Shown here piece by piece: positions 1-11,985 of a DNA stretch of 64,000 bases. The position numbers were made by a program, and so were the translations under genes. How positions within the stretch are numbered: the stretch's first letter is position 1; each line of letters opens with the position of its first letter. Source of the stretch: Hemiscyllium ocellatum (taxonomy: Eukaryota); contig NC_083435.1 in NCBI RefSeq assembly GCF_020745735.1, positions 36,233,090 to 36,297,089 on the forward strand. The letters run 5' to 3'. The notes below the pieces were generated by a model. It was not told the origin of the DNA. It saw only the letters and a program-made list of their open reading frames with translations, and did not search any database.

Positions 1-960
1 TCTAGCAAATCTCCCTGCCAGTATATTAGTCGCCCCCACCCCCCTTCCAATTTAGATGCAATCTATCCTTCTTGTACAGGTCACTTCTACCTCAGAAGAG
101 ATTCCAGTGATCCAAAAATGTGAATCCTTCTCCCATACACCAGCTCCTCAGCCAATTATTCATCTGCTCTATCCTTCTATTTCTACCCTCATTAGCTCGC
201 AGCACCAGGAGTAATCAAGATATTACTACTCTTGAGGACCTCCTTTTTAAATCTCTGCCTAACTCTCTATATTCTCCATTCAGAATCTCATCCTTTTCCC
301 TTCTTATGTCATTGGTTCCAACATGTACAATGACCTCTTGCTAGTCCCTCTCCCCTTTTGAGAACATTCTTCACTCTGTCTGAGATATCCTTGATTCTGA
401 GACCAGGGAGTTAACACACCATTCTGATTTTTCACTGCTGGTCACAGAAATGTTGTCCATGCCTCTGAATAGAGAGTGCCCTAACACAATCGATTGCTTG
501 GAACCCGACGTACCCCACATTACATGAGAGCCAGTCTTGATACCAGAAACTTGGCTGTTCCTGTTACATTCCCCTGAGACCCCATCACCCCTTACATTTT
601 CCAAAAAACATCCTTGTTTGAAATGGGGATAGCCACAGGAGACTCCTGCACTTCGTGCCTACTCTCCTACCTTTCCTGGAGGTAACAATCTACCTGACTT
701 TATCTGTGGCTTTTCTGCCTTCCTGTAACTGCCATCCATCACACCCCCTTTCTCTAGTAAATTCCTCATTGCCTCCAACTGTTGCTCCAACTGATCCATG
801 CGATTCAATATGATTCGCAACCAAGCACATTTCCTGCAAACAATCATCAGTAACATGAAAACCCTCTCTAACCTCCCACATCCGACAGGAAGAGCATATC
901 ACTCTGCTAAGGGTCATCACTGCTCCTTCACAATATACAAACCCAGAAAATAGCACCGTC
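1..960 (-). mobile_element. CR1-type LINE, decayed ORF1 region (N-terminal Cys motif plus SGNH-esterase-like part)
   Basis: Minus ORFs 690-956 (CSSCRMWEVRE..CRKC), 659-856 (LNRMDQLEQQLEAMRNL) and 371-604 (SIVLGHSLFRG, similar to the esterase GDS motif). Frameshifted. Confidence 0.75.
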
Positions 961-1440
961 TTATTGCGCTGGAAAGCAGTGCTCCAGGCTAACTGGGAAC
1001 GTTTGGTTTATATTTCTAAAAAATTAATCAAGAGACAGGTTTCAATTAAACAAATAATCAAAAAATAATTTACTCTATTCAGTTCTGCAGACTTCCAGCA
1101 AGGTTACACATTAAAAATTATGAACGTATCTGTTCCTGTGCTGGTTCCTCCAAGGTCAGCTGTGAATTTCGCTGTTTGTTAATTTTCCAAGACACACTCT
1201 GATATCCACAGATCCGTGAACTCTTTGTCTGCCTTTCCTCCTTTTAAAAGTGCTGTTGTTTTGACTTTTCTTTCTCTCCCAAGTTCCAAAACAATGCAGC
1301 AGCATGTACAACAGTAATTGCTGCTCCTGGAACTTGAGAAAATCACCCGAACACCTAAAATACCTCAAAAAAGAGCAGCTCTTCCAGACACATTTTCTTT
1401 CCTGTCCTCCAGCTTGGATTACGCAGGACAGCCCAGATCC

Positions 1441-1990
1441 TTCTCAACTCTTCCTCTTTATAAACCCATCCTGATGCCTTTTAAATCCTGTTATTGTACC
1501 AGTCTCTATCACTTCCTCTGGCAGCTCATTCCATATTTGCACCACCCTCTGTGTGAACAAGTTGCCTCTTAGATCGCTTTTATATCTTTTCCCTCTCACT
1601 TTCAACGTATTCCCTTTAGTTTCGGACTCCCCTATCGTGGGAAAAAGAGTTTGGCTATTCACCTTATCTATGCCCCTCATGATTTTATAAACTTCTATAA
1701 GGTCACCCCTCAGCCTCCAACACTCTGGGGAAAATAGCCCCAGTCTATTCAGTCACTCACTACAGCTTCAAACCTTGTCAATCTTTTCTGAATCCTTTCA
1801 CATTTCCGAAGCAGGAAGTCAAGAATCTAACATAGCATTCGAAAACTGGCTGAATCAATGTTCTGTACAGCTGCAACATGATATCCCAACTCCTGTCCTC
1901 AATCCACTGACCAATAAAGGCAAGTAGACCAAACACCTTCTTCACTATCCTGTCAATCTGTAACTCCACCTTCAGGAACTATGACTCTAC
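1441..1990 (-). mobile_element. CR1-type LINE 3' fragment (ORF2 C-terminus)
   Basis: ORFs 1778-1969 (LQLYRTLIQPVFECYVRF) and 1444-1680 (RGNLFTQRVVQIWNELPEEV) are typical CR1 ORF2 C-terminal peptides. Confidence 0.85.
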
Positions 1991-2916
1991 ACCCCAAGGT
2001 CTGTTTGTTTGGCACCACTCCCCAGCACCCTATCATTAACTCTATAAATGCTGCTATGATTTACCCAAAATGCAACAACTTTTATTTAAATTAAACTCCT
2101 CAGCCCTGTTTTGGTGTCATCTGCAAATGAACCATTAATAACCATTCCTCCTATATGCACATCCAAATCATTTATAAAACTGACAGAAGATGGACACAGG
2201 AGGTGAGTAACTTAAAGCAATTGATCCTCATCTCCATTCAGCCAGGCTCAGGGGAAGAGATTTCACAGCCCCACGCAGGGAGAGGGTCCTTGTGAATAAC
2301 ACACAGAGTCCGATCGTGGGTCAGTGCCTGTGGGAGGCTGACAGTGGTCACGGTCAGACATGGACTACATCCCCCAGAATGCAGCCTGTGATTGAAACAA
2401 ATGACCAGGAAGACTGGGCCTGTTGTGCCAGGACAGTGGGAATGTGAGCGCTGGAATTCTGACCCGGATCAGAGAGCACATTGCTGATTTGCAACTACCC
2501 ACCTTGTTCTCTGTGTTGATATGTCATGTTGGTCTCACTGAGTTAAAGATTTTGATTCTAAGTTTCCGAATCCCAAACTTCCAGAGCCTTTTGGGGTTTC
2601 CAGGTTCCCACAGCCCTGTTATTGGTGAAGTACTCGTCAATTTCCCTCAGGAATAATCTCACTAGAATTACAAGCAGATTCCCTTGTATTCCAGGCTTCA
2701 GCACCAGACATGGGCCCAGATTGTCCAGTAGCCAGACAGTCAGAGACTGGACACACCCTGAGAGAAGAGGGTCTGGACCCCTCAGAATTCCTGACTCACT
2801 GAATGGGATTTGTCTGGGAAGTTTCAACTTCTGATGGACAATTACCTCGCATCCGGAACCCTCTGGAAAGGTCTCAGGTTCTGAGGTTAGGGATTGGAAG
2901 CTTCTTTAACTCCTAG

Positions 2917-3560
2917 TGTGATGATGCTGTCACTTTAAAAGGTTGTTGGTGTCCTAGTTTTTGTTTTGAAGAGAGGTTGTAAGGTAGAGGCACCAAACTC
3001 CCTGCTGATGATGACTGAGGTAAACCAGTTGTGAGGCCTTGGGGTTTTTTTAAGCTGGAACAGTAGAAGCAGTCTGAATGGGCGTGGCCAGCTCTCACAG
3101 ATCCAGATTTCTCAGTTTGGTTTTATTCAGCTGCATCAGAAGCTTTTGGGGTCTCAAAAGAGTTGGCAGCTTCAGTGAATGTCACCTGGCTAATACTGTC
3201 TGCATTTTCTTCTTGATATTATTTCCTCCAGGATTGGAGAACTGTATGTTAGAATCTGTGTCTGAATTTACCTTTTTGCCAAGGTGTTTATGGGATGTAA
3301 CAATTGGAACAGTTAATTAATAATAGGGACTGTATTCGGTTACATTTTCAATTATTAAGTTATTCAAAATTCCTTTTGCTTTTGTTTTTATTTTAATGAC
3401 AGCTTTTAAATAAATTGTGTTTTGCTTAACGTTGAGTTGTTTGACCAGTTGCATTGTATCTGGAACACAGCATTTCCTATCTAGCTTTAAAATAAGAAGC
3501 AGTTCAGATCGAGGCTACCTTCTTCAAATATTTTGAGGGGGGCTGGTCTGGTCCATAACA
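2917..3560 (+). mobile_element. Probable solo LTR
   Basis: Starts TG (tgtgatgatg) and ends CA (ccataaca), about 644 bp, with internal AATAAA near 3410. Flanks CTAG/CCAG could be a 4-bp TSD with one mismatch. No coding sequence. Confidence 0.55.
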
Positions 3561-5064
3561 CCAGAGAACTAGAAAAACGACCATCGCTAAACGTACTGCT
3601 GATCCCTCCATTCACACACTGACGAGGATATCTGGTCAGCGTGGACAAGTTGGACTGAACACACACACTTGTTCTGTGACTGTTTAATTCATTGACCCCA
3701 TCCCCTCAAACCCATGACCTGACATTCTGCAACCAACACTTGACCTCTCCCCAGCACCAACACTAGCTCACCGTCTCCAGATGTCTGTCAGACTCGCAGT
3801 GTATCACCCTGGACAGACAACTGGGACACAACACAGAACTCCATAACTGGATACCTAACAAGGCCCCCTCACCAGCCCACTGTGGCACCCAAACACCATT
3901 CCATTGGTACTCAACATCCCCAACACTCACCAGTGAGTTCCCAAACTGCCCCTTGCCCAACCACTGAGGAAGTGCCTTTCTGGGACACTTAACTACACCC
4001 CTCCAACCATTCACTCACTCCTTCACCTCAACCAAGGCCGATCTACCCCACCAGCACGAGTAAGGACAGGACACAGCGATATCGGGAAGAATGGGAACTG
4101 AACTGTCTGGGGAGGTAACCCCCCAGGACAGGTACAACACGATGTTTATACCCCTATCAATGGGATCCTTGGTGACCTCACTGGAGAGTGAAATCGGGAG
4201 AGGGTCAAACCAGCATTTCAACCAATCCCAACAATTCCCAACAGCCCGGAGCAGTTAAAATTATTCCCAATCAACACAGAGCTAGAAGTAAATCCAGGAA
4301 CAGAGAGAATCTTGATATATTTCCAATGTGTTTCAGAAAATTTGCAAAGCAATTGGCTGCATTCCCATCTTGGAAGTCTCATTGCATCAATGGTCATTCT
4401 ATTGGCTGTTATTGTCGGGATAATCAGAATAATCATCTGGAAAAGATCACGGAGAGGTAAGAATCAGAGAGAGGGGAATGTAGAACTGAGGGGACAGAGT
4501 GAGTGTGGGGGAATCTCCAGTACTGGGAGTACAGGGCACTGTGGGGAATGGAACTGATTGAATCCCCACACACAGATACACATGTATAAACACATCTCGT
4601 TCCCTGTCTGATCATCCTTTATGTGATCAGCCCAGACCAGGTCTAATATTGATCATTAAACCCACGCACCCAATCAGATCCTCACTGAGTGAATATTAAT
4701 GGAATGGAAGGGGTTTTCTGCATCTCCATAAAGTGTAAGGATAGACGGGAGTATGGGAATGAGGATTTCTGACACAATCCCTGTAAAACCTTCCTTCCTG
4801 CCTTGTGTGGGCACCATCTCCTTGATAAATTGTGAAGATCTCTCTCCCTTAATTAGTTTGTGCAGTTTTGGATGACTTATTACTTTGGTTTGACCCTCGC
4901 GTGTGACTCTGATACCGATCATGTTATTCCAGGCATTTGGGTTGTCTCCATCACCACCGTATTTTTAATCTCTGCCTCATGTAATGGGATTCTGGGTCAT
5001 CCCTTCTCTTGTTATCCAGCTGTTGACACTTTCCTCCCAGCGTCTGACACTTGTGATCACCTGC

Positions 5065-5275
5065 AGAGACTCCACTCACCCCATTTGGATGATCTTTTGA
5101 GCTCTCTGCCCATTGATCTCCCTGCTGATCAATTCGGTGTCTATGTGCTTCTCTCTCACTTCACCTGAGGGAGGGGCTATGCTCAGAAAGCTTGTGATTT
5201 CAAACAAACCTGTTGGACTGTAACCAGGGGCCGTGTGTGATTTCTGACTGTGTTCACACGAGTGCAATACCAACA
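5065..5275 (+). mobile_element. Penelope-like element 3' tail (family 2) with degenerate hammerhead motif
   Basis: cac-CTGAGGG-aggggctatgctca-GAAAGCTT-gtg followed by aaacaaacctgttggact..tgtgtgatttctgac, homologous to 16540-16625 and 53016-53110. Confidence 0.55.
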
Positions 5276-5460
5276 CCCCCCTCAATCTCCCTCCCCTCAC
5301 ACTTGTTGTGTTCACAGTCTCTGAGAATGGATTACTCCCCATCCTAATGGACATTTATTTTGTTTCTGCAGGTTCACCAAATGGGACCTACACAACAGCT
5401 CCCAGTAAGTGACTGAGGGGACAGAGTGTTGGGAATGATGGATAAGGTAATGAGAGGTGG

Positions 5461-5790
5461 AGAGTAGATTCCCTACAGTGTGGAAACAGGCCCTTCAGCC
5501 CAACAAGTCCACACTGACCCTCCAAAGAGTAACCCACCCAGACACATTGCCCTACCCTATATTTACCCCTGACTAACACATCTAACACCATGGGCAATGT
5601 AACATGGCCCATTCACCTGACCTGCACACCTTTGGACTGTGGGAGGAAACCGGAGCACCCGGAGGAAACCCACACAGACACAGGGAGAATGTGCAAACTC
5701 CACACAGACAGATACCCGAGGTGGGAATTGTACCCGGGTCCCTGGTGCTGTGAGGTAACAGTGCTAACCACTGAGCCACCGTGCTGCCCC
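5461..5790 (-). mobile_element. tRNA-derived SINE (HE1-like)
   Basis: Minus strand reads GGGCAGCACGGTGGCTCAGTGGTTAGCACTG (A box) and GGTACAATTCCC (B-box-like), then core gtggagtttgcacattctccc and a CR1-like tail (gggctgaagggcctgtttccacactgtaggga). Confidence 0.9.
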
Positions 5791-6692
5791 TATTAGAGTG
5801 TAGAGTTATATTTGCCAGGGTGTTGCTCAGGTTGACGGGTCTGTCTCCTCACAATGCTGTTTCTCAGCCAACACTCTCTTATCATCCTGTTTCTCTACTC
5901 CATGTCCCCAGTGTCTCTCCTTCGAACTGTCACCCTCCATTCTCTTCCCCCACTGCCCCTCCCTCCACTCACTCACCCTTAATTCCCACTGGGGAGTGCT
6001 CGGAGAGTCTGGTTAGTTAATGCTGAGGATGATTAAATCCTGCGTCCAGTGAGTGATAGAGAATATCTCACACTGTCTCATTTTATATTTGATATAACTT
6101 CTCATGTTCTGTTTTTATTTTCTCAGCTTCTGAAGTCTCTGGTGCAGCTTCTTCATGATTCAGTAAGTGACATGGCAACTTTTCCCTGACTTCAATTTAT
6201 TTAGATTTAGATTCTCTAGATTTTTTTGCAACATTTTCACATCCCTCCTGACCCTGTCCCACTCTCCCAGACACTGTTTAACCGTTTCAGACTAATTCCC
6301 CTCCCCTCCCCACCCTGTCCCACCCTCCCAGTCACTGTTAAACCCTGTCAGACTAATTCCCCTCCCCTCCCCACCCTGAAGTGATTGCCTTGTGTCTCTT
6401 CATTCCTGACCTTGGGGTTTCCTGGGCCCCGCTGCAGGACATTCCTGGAGCCTCATTGCGGAATAACGGGATTCTCCTGTTCCAGTGTGAACATGGACAC
6501 CATTGTCTGTCCTTCCATATCACAGCAGACACACAGAATTACAGCTCATTGCTCACACTCAATTCCTTCAAGACTGAGATCAATTTTTCTGGGAATGTGT
6601 TTCCACAGATTAAACAGTGGATCCCAGATCCGCACATTTGTATCCTGGTTCTTCAAGTGGGACCTTCTCAAGTTGTGTTTCTATCCTGTCTC

Positions 6693-7555
6693 ATGTTCAG
6701 CACTATTTGCAACTCCTCAGACACTGAAGCAGTCCATGTTCAAATGCAACAAGATCTGGACAATATCCAGGCTTGTACTGACAAGTGGCAAGTAACATTT
6801 GCGCCACACAAATGCCAAGATATAACCATCACCAACAAAAGACAATCTCACCACCACCCCTTGGCATTCAATGGTGTTACCATCACTGAATCCCCCCACT
6901 GTCAACAGCCTGTGAGTTTTCATTGATCAGAAACTCAGTTGGACTCACCACATAAATGCAGTGTCTACAAGAGCAGGTCAGAGGTGAGGGATACTGTAGC
7001 AGGTAACTCGTCTCCTGATTTCCCAAAGCCTGTCCACCGACTACAAGACCCAGGTCAGGAATATGATGGAATACTCCCTGCTTGCCTGGATGTGTACAGC
7101 CATCTCAACATTGAGGAAGCTTGACACCATCCAGGACCTAGCAACGCAACTGATTGGCACTGCATCCACCAACATCCAGTCCCTCCATCACTGACACTCA
7201 GTTACAGCAGTGTTTGCTATCTACAGAAATTCATCAAAGATCCTTAAACAGTGCCTTCCAAACCCACAACCACCTCCATCTGGAAGGTCAAGGTCAGCAG
7301 ATATATGGGAACACCACCACCTTCATGTTCCCCTCCAAGCCACTCACCATCCTGACTCGGAAATATATCACCATTCCTTCACTGTCGCTGGTCAAAATCC
7401 TGGATTTCCCTCCCTCATGGCATTGTGGGTCAACCCACATGAGGTAGACTGCAGCAGTTCAGGAAGGCAGATCACCACCACCTTCTCAAGGGCAACTAGG
7501 GACGGGTAATAAATGCTGGCCAGTCAGAGACACCCACATCCCACAAAAACTGAAT
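6693..7555 (+). mobile_element. CR1/L2-group LINE 3' part (family distinct from the canonical CR1 copies here)
   Basis: Peptides QQDLDNIQACTDKWQVTFAPHKCQ and RAGQR; 3' end ggtaataaatgctggcc..cccacatccca. Paralogs at 10494-10890, 33130-33560 and 39230-39865. Confidence 0.75.
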
Positions 7556-7799
7556 CAATACAAAAACTGGGGGAGGGGTGATACATGGTTATTGTCTCTG
7601 GAGCAGGAATCCAGTGACCAAAGTATCATTCCAGAATGAGAAGCCTCTTTCTCCTCCAGGGAGTTGTTCAATTTTCACACCTGGATGTGACAGGACAGCA
7701 GAGCTTCGATCTTATCTATCGATTGTGGAATCACTAAGTTTTGACTCTGCTCCCTCTGCTGTTTACTGCACGATCAGTCCTGATCTGACACTTCACTGA

Positions 7800-8050
7800 C
7801 CAACACCATCGCTTACAAGTTCCCCTCCAAGCCACTCACCATCCTGACTTGGAAATATATTGCACTTCCTTCACTGTCACTGGGTCAAAATCCTGGAATT
7901 CCCTCCCTAATGATATTGTGGGTCTCCCTCCACCACATGAACTGCTGCTGTTCAGGAAGGTACCTCACCCCCACCTTCTCAAGGACAGTTAGGGATGGGA
8001 AATAAATTCCAGCAGCCAGTGATTCCCACGTCTCTCCAGTGAATAAAAAA
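7800..8050 (+). mobile_element. Second 3' end of the same CR1/L2-group LINE family
   Basis: aagttcccctccaagccactcaccatcctgacttggaaatatat.. repeats the 7330-7550 sequence and ends in gaataaaaaa. Confidence 0.7.
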
Positions 8051-8400
8051 GACATCATTTTTCATCTCTGCCTGATCCTGCTCCTGTGATCCCTCCCACA
8101 TTCCTCATTGAACCGGGATTGGTCCCCCGGCTTGTTGGTAATGAGAGACTGGGGGTTGGGTTGAGCCATGAGGTGACAGTTTGTATTGGATGGCAGTTCT
8201 GCTGGTGTTGATGACCCACAGGACCTCATGGACACACAGTCTTCATCTGCTCGACCTGTTCACATCCCACAGGAGGGGAGGGAGGGGGTGTGCCATGAGG
8301 TTTAATGGGGAAATGTGTTCTACAAGATGGTTATTGGTGGGTCAGGGGGCATGTGAACAGTCTGTATCCCCCGGACACTGGGCTCTCTGTACCTGACTCT

Positions 8401-10493
8401 CAGGGGGAGAAGGAGGAACTCAAAAATTAGAAACCAATCTCACTGTTGAATGCAGATTACAAAATTCTGTCAAAGGTAATCGCCAACCGGGTCAGGTCAG
8501 CTCTGGGGTCGGTGATTCACCCTGACCAAACCTGTGCTGTGCCGGGCAGGAAGATCGCTGAGAGTCTCGCACTCCTCAGGGATACGATCGCGTACGTGCA
8601 GGACAGAGGGTTGGACGCCTGCCTGATCAGCCTGGACCAGGAGAAAGCCTTTGACAGGATATCAAACAGGTATATGAGGGATGTTCTCTCCAAAATGGGC
8701 TTTGGGGAGGGAATCTGCAATTGGATCAGACTGCTCTACACCAACATCGTCAGTGCAGTCTCAATCAATGGGTGGGAATCAGATAGCTTCCCAGTCAGAT
8801 CTGGAGTCAGGCAGGGCTGCCCTCTCTCTCCTGCCTTGTTAGTGTGCTGCATAGAGCCATTTGCCGAGTCCATCAGGAAGGATGCGAGCCTGAGAAGGGG
8901 TGACTATTCCTGGCAGCGGGGGCCTGCAGGTTAAGGCCTCCCTGTACATGGATGACGTTGCCATTTTCTGCTTGGAGCCGCTGTCCGTGCGCAGACTCAT
9001 GTGCATTTGTGACCAATTCGAACGGGCCTCGGGGGCCAAGGTAAACCGAGGCAAGAGTGAGGCCATGCTCTTCGGGAACTGGGCCGACCAATCCTTGATC
9101 CCTTTCACCGTCAGGACCGACCACCTGAAGGTGCTGGGTATTTGGTTCGGGGGGGGCTGGGGCGTGCGCCAAGTCTTGGGAGGAGCATATCAGCAAAGTG
9201 AGGCAGAAACTGGGCAGATGGAAGCTACGGTCGCTCTCCATCACGGGAAAAAACCTGGTCATCAGGTGTGAGGCACTGTCATTGCTGTTGTACGTGGCAC
9301 AGGTCTGGCCTATTCCCAGAACCTGCGCTGCTGCAGTCACCCGGGCCATCTTCCAGTTCATATGGAGGTCAAAGATGGACCAGGTCCGAAGGGACTCACT
9401 ATACAAAGATCTGGGCAACGGGGGAAAATATACACCCAATGCCACCCTCACCCTGATGGCCACCTTTGTGTGTGGCTGCATCAAGCTGTGCGTGGATCCC
9501 CGGTACGCAAACACCAAGTGTCACTACGTACTGAGGTTCTACCTGTCCCCGGTGTTGCGAAGGATGGGCCTGGCCTCGCTGCCGCGGAACGCTCCGAGTA
9601 GTTGGACCGTTCCGTACCACCTGTCCTTCGTGGAGAAATTTCTGAAGAAAAACACCTTTGACCACAAGTCCATCAGGAAGTGGTCAGCACGTAGTGTCCT
9701 CGAGACCCTTCGGGAAAAGGAGAGGGCGGATCCTGTCGAGCGGTTCCCTGAGCAGACTGTCAAAGCAATTTAGCAGAATGCCTCATCACCAGAACTTTCC
9801 AACAAGCACCAAGACATGGCTTGGCTGGTGGTGAGAAGGGCTCTACCTGTGAGATCCTTTATGCACGCCCGGACTCTCAGCCGCACCGCACGCTGCCCTC
9901 GAAGCGGCTGCGGGGGGGACGAGACTGTCACCCACCTCCTTCTGGAATGTGCCTATGCAGAGGATGTCTGGAGAGGAATGCAGTGGGGTTTGTCGAGGTT
10001 CGTCCCGAGCAGCGCCGTGACGCGGGACTCCGTGCTCTACGGCCTGTTCCCCGGGACACACACCGAGACGAATATCAACTGCGCCTGGAGGGTCATCAAC
10101 TCGGTGAAGGACGCTCTCTGGGTGGTCCGAAACCTGTTGATCTTCCAGCTGAAGGAGTTGACCCCGACTGAGTGTTGCAGACTGGCACATTCCAAGGTCC
10201 GGGACTACGTGTTGAGGGACGCGCTGAAGCTTGGGGCAGCTGCCGCCAAGGCGCGGTGGGGAAAGACCACCGTGTAACATCTGCCTGTCTAAAGAAGATC
10301 AGGGGGCCCATGCAGTCATTTGGGCTCTGCTGATGCCTCAGCTCAAAATGTAATTGTACAGACCTGTAACTAAGAATGATTACTCTGTTTTCGGTATGCA
10401 AACAAATGGAATGTTTACATGTGTATGGCATGTCCAACTGTATAAATCATGAAAGTATTTATGAATAAAGTATATTTTTGAAGTAAAAATAAA
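8401..10493 (+). mobile_element. Tx1-group (L1 clade) LINE, 3' half: RT domain, C-terminal CCHC region, 3' UTR and A-rich tail
   Basis: ORFs 8446-8934 (PISLLNADYKILSK, SLDQEKAFDR, GVRQGCPLSP), 8900-9271 (LYMDDV), 9198-9773 and 9816-10277 (CPRSGCGGDETVTHLLLEC). Tail AATAAAGTATATTTTTGAAGTAAAAATAAA. Confidence 0.92.
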
Positions 10494-10890
10494 TCATTGA
10501 TCAGAAACTCAGTTGGACTCACCACATAAATGCAGTGTCTACAAGAGCAGGTCAGAGGCTGGGGATACTGCAGGGAGTAACCCGTCTCCTGATTTCCCAA
10601 AGCCTGTCCACCAACGACAAGACACAGGTCAGGAATGTGATGGAATACTCCCTGCTTGCCTGGATGTGTACAGCCATCTCAACACTGAAGAAGCTTGACA
10701 CCATCCAGGACCTAGCAACCCAACTGATTGGCACTGCATCCACCAACATCCAGTCCCTCCATCACTGACACTCAGTTACAGCAGTGTTTGCTATCTACAG
10801 AAATTCATCAAAGATCCTTAAACAGTGCCTTCCAAACCCACAACCACATCCACCTGGAAGGTCAAGGTCAGCAGATACATGGGAACACCA
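10494..10890 (+). mobile_element. CR1/L2-group LINE fragment, near-identical to 6921-7320
   Basis: ORFs 10513-10698 and 10728-10943 nearly match 6939-7124 and 7154-7447. Confidence 0.8.
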
Positions 10891-10954
10891 CCACCGTCAT
10901 GTGTTCTCACAAGATGGTTATTGGTTGGAGAAGGGTGCAGTGATCTGTCTGTAT

Positions 10955-11345
10955 CCCCCCCACACTGGGTTCTCTGGAACCTGACTCTCACCATCAATCC
11001 CCCCCTCCCCCACACTGGGTTCTCTGTACCTGACTCTCACCATCAATCCCCCCCTCCCCCACACTGGGTTCTCTGGAACCTGACTCTCACCATCAATCCC
11101 CCCCTCCCCCACACTGGGTTCTCTGTCCCTGACACTCACCATCAATCCCCCCTCCCCCACACTGGGTTCTCTGTACCTGACTCTCACCATCAGTCCCCCC
11201 CTCCCCCACACTGGGTTCTCTGTACCTGACTCTCACCATCAGTCCCCCCTCCCCCACACTGGGTTCTCTGTACCTGACTTTCACCATCAATCCCCCCCTC
11301 CCCCACACTGGGTTCTCTGTACCTGACTCTCACCATCAATCCCTC
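10955..11345. repeat. Minisatellite, 49-50 bp unit, about 8 copies
   Basis: cacactgggttctctgtacctgactctcaccatcaatcccccctcccc recurs at 10961, 11011, 11060, 11110 and onward. Confidence 0.95.
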
Positions 11346-11661
11346 CCTCCCCAACCAATCTCAGATTTCCCGTTTCCAGACTGTTTAATGTTTTATAAAT
11401 CCCATCAGGTGCTTCCTTTCCTGGTAGAATAGCCCAATTCTCTTTGCCACCTGACCCAGAACTTTGACCCTGGGGGTGAGCCTGGGTGTTTCTCTCTCTG
11501 CACTCCCCACTTCCACACTCCCCCCTCCCCCAGGGTCGGAGTGTCTCCCCTGTGACTGTGCCCTGAATTAGACTCAGTACCAGGAAGAACACCAGGGTCC
11601 ATGGGATTCCCAGCCAGCCCAGGCTTAGCAGTGACTGATACTGACCTGTGACCCATGACCC

Positions 11662-11985
11662 AGGGTGACACCATGCCTCAGTGGTTAGCACTCCTGCCTC
11701 ACAGCCCCAGGGACCTGAGTTTGATTCCAGCCTTGGGTGACTGTCTGTGTGGAGTTTCCCTGAGTCTGCATGGGGTTCCTCCGGGTGCTCCAGTTTCCTG
11801 CCCCAGTTGAACAGGTGCACCTTGGGTAGATTGGTCATGCTCAATTGGCCACAATGTCTAGGAATGTGCATGTGGATTAGCTATGGAAAATGCAGGGTTA
11901 CGGGGTGGAATAGAGAGGAGGGTCTGGGTGGGATACTCTTGAGAGGGTCAGTGTTGACTCAATGATTCATGAATGGCCTTTAATC
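11662..11985 (+). mobile_element. tRNA-derived SINE (HE1-like), diverged
   Basis: cctcagtggttagcactcctgcctcacagcc..gagtttgattccagccttgggtgactgtctgtgtggagttt..gggtgctccagtttcc. Confidence 0.8.

Larger units (their letters stand above)
3781..6162 (+). pseudogene. Exon remnants of a type I single-pass membrane protein (S/T/P-rich stalk, TM exon, two short cytoplasmic exons)
   Basis: Four AG..GT-bounded phase 1-1 exons: 3781-4059 (279 nt, one stop at 3990), 4337-4456 (120 nt, LGSLIASMVILLAVIVGIIRIIIW-KRSRR), 5372-5404 (33 nt) and 6127-6162 (36 nt, contains TGA). All lengths are multiples of 3 and all donors are GTAAG. Confidence 0.55.

Noticed and set aside
2243-2445. Possible Ig-like exon of the membrane-protein remnant (..CLWEADSGHGQ..WACCAR)
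   Set aside because: Canonical Ig Cys/Trp spacing is not recognisable and the candidate donor is in the wrong phase.
5740-5790. tRNA genes at SINE heads (also 11665, 24290, 29620 and 31190)
   Set aside because: A and B boxes are present but there is no cloverleaf, and each continues into SINE core and tail.
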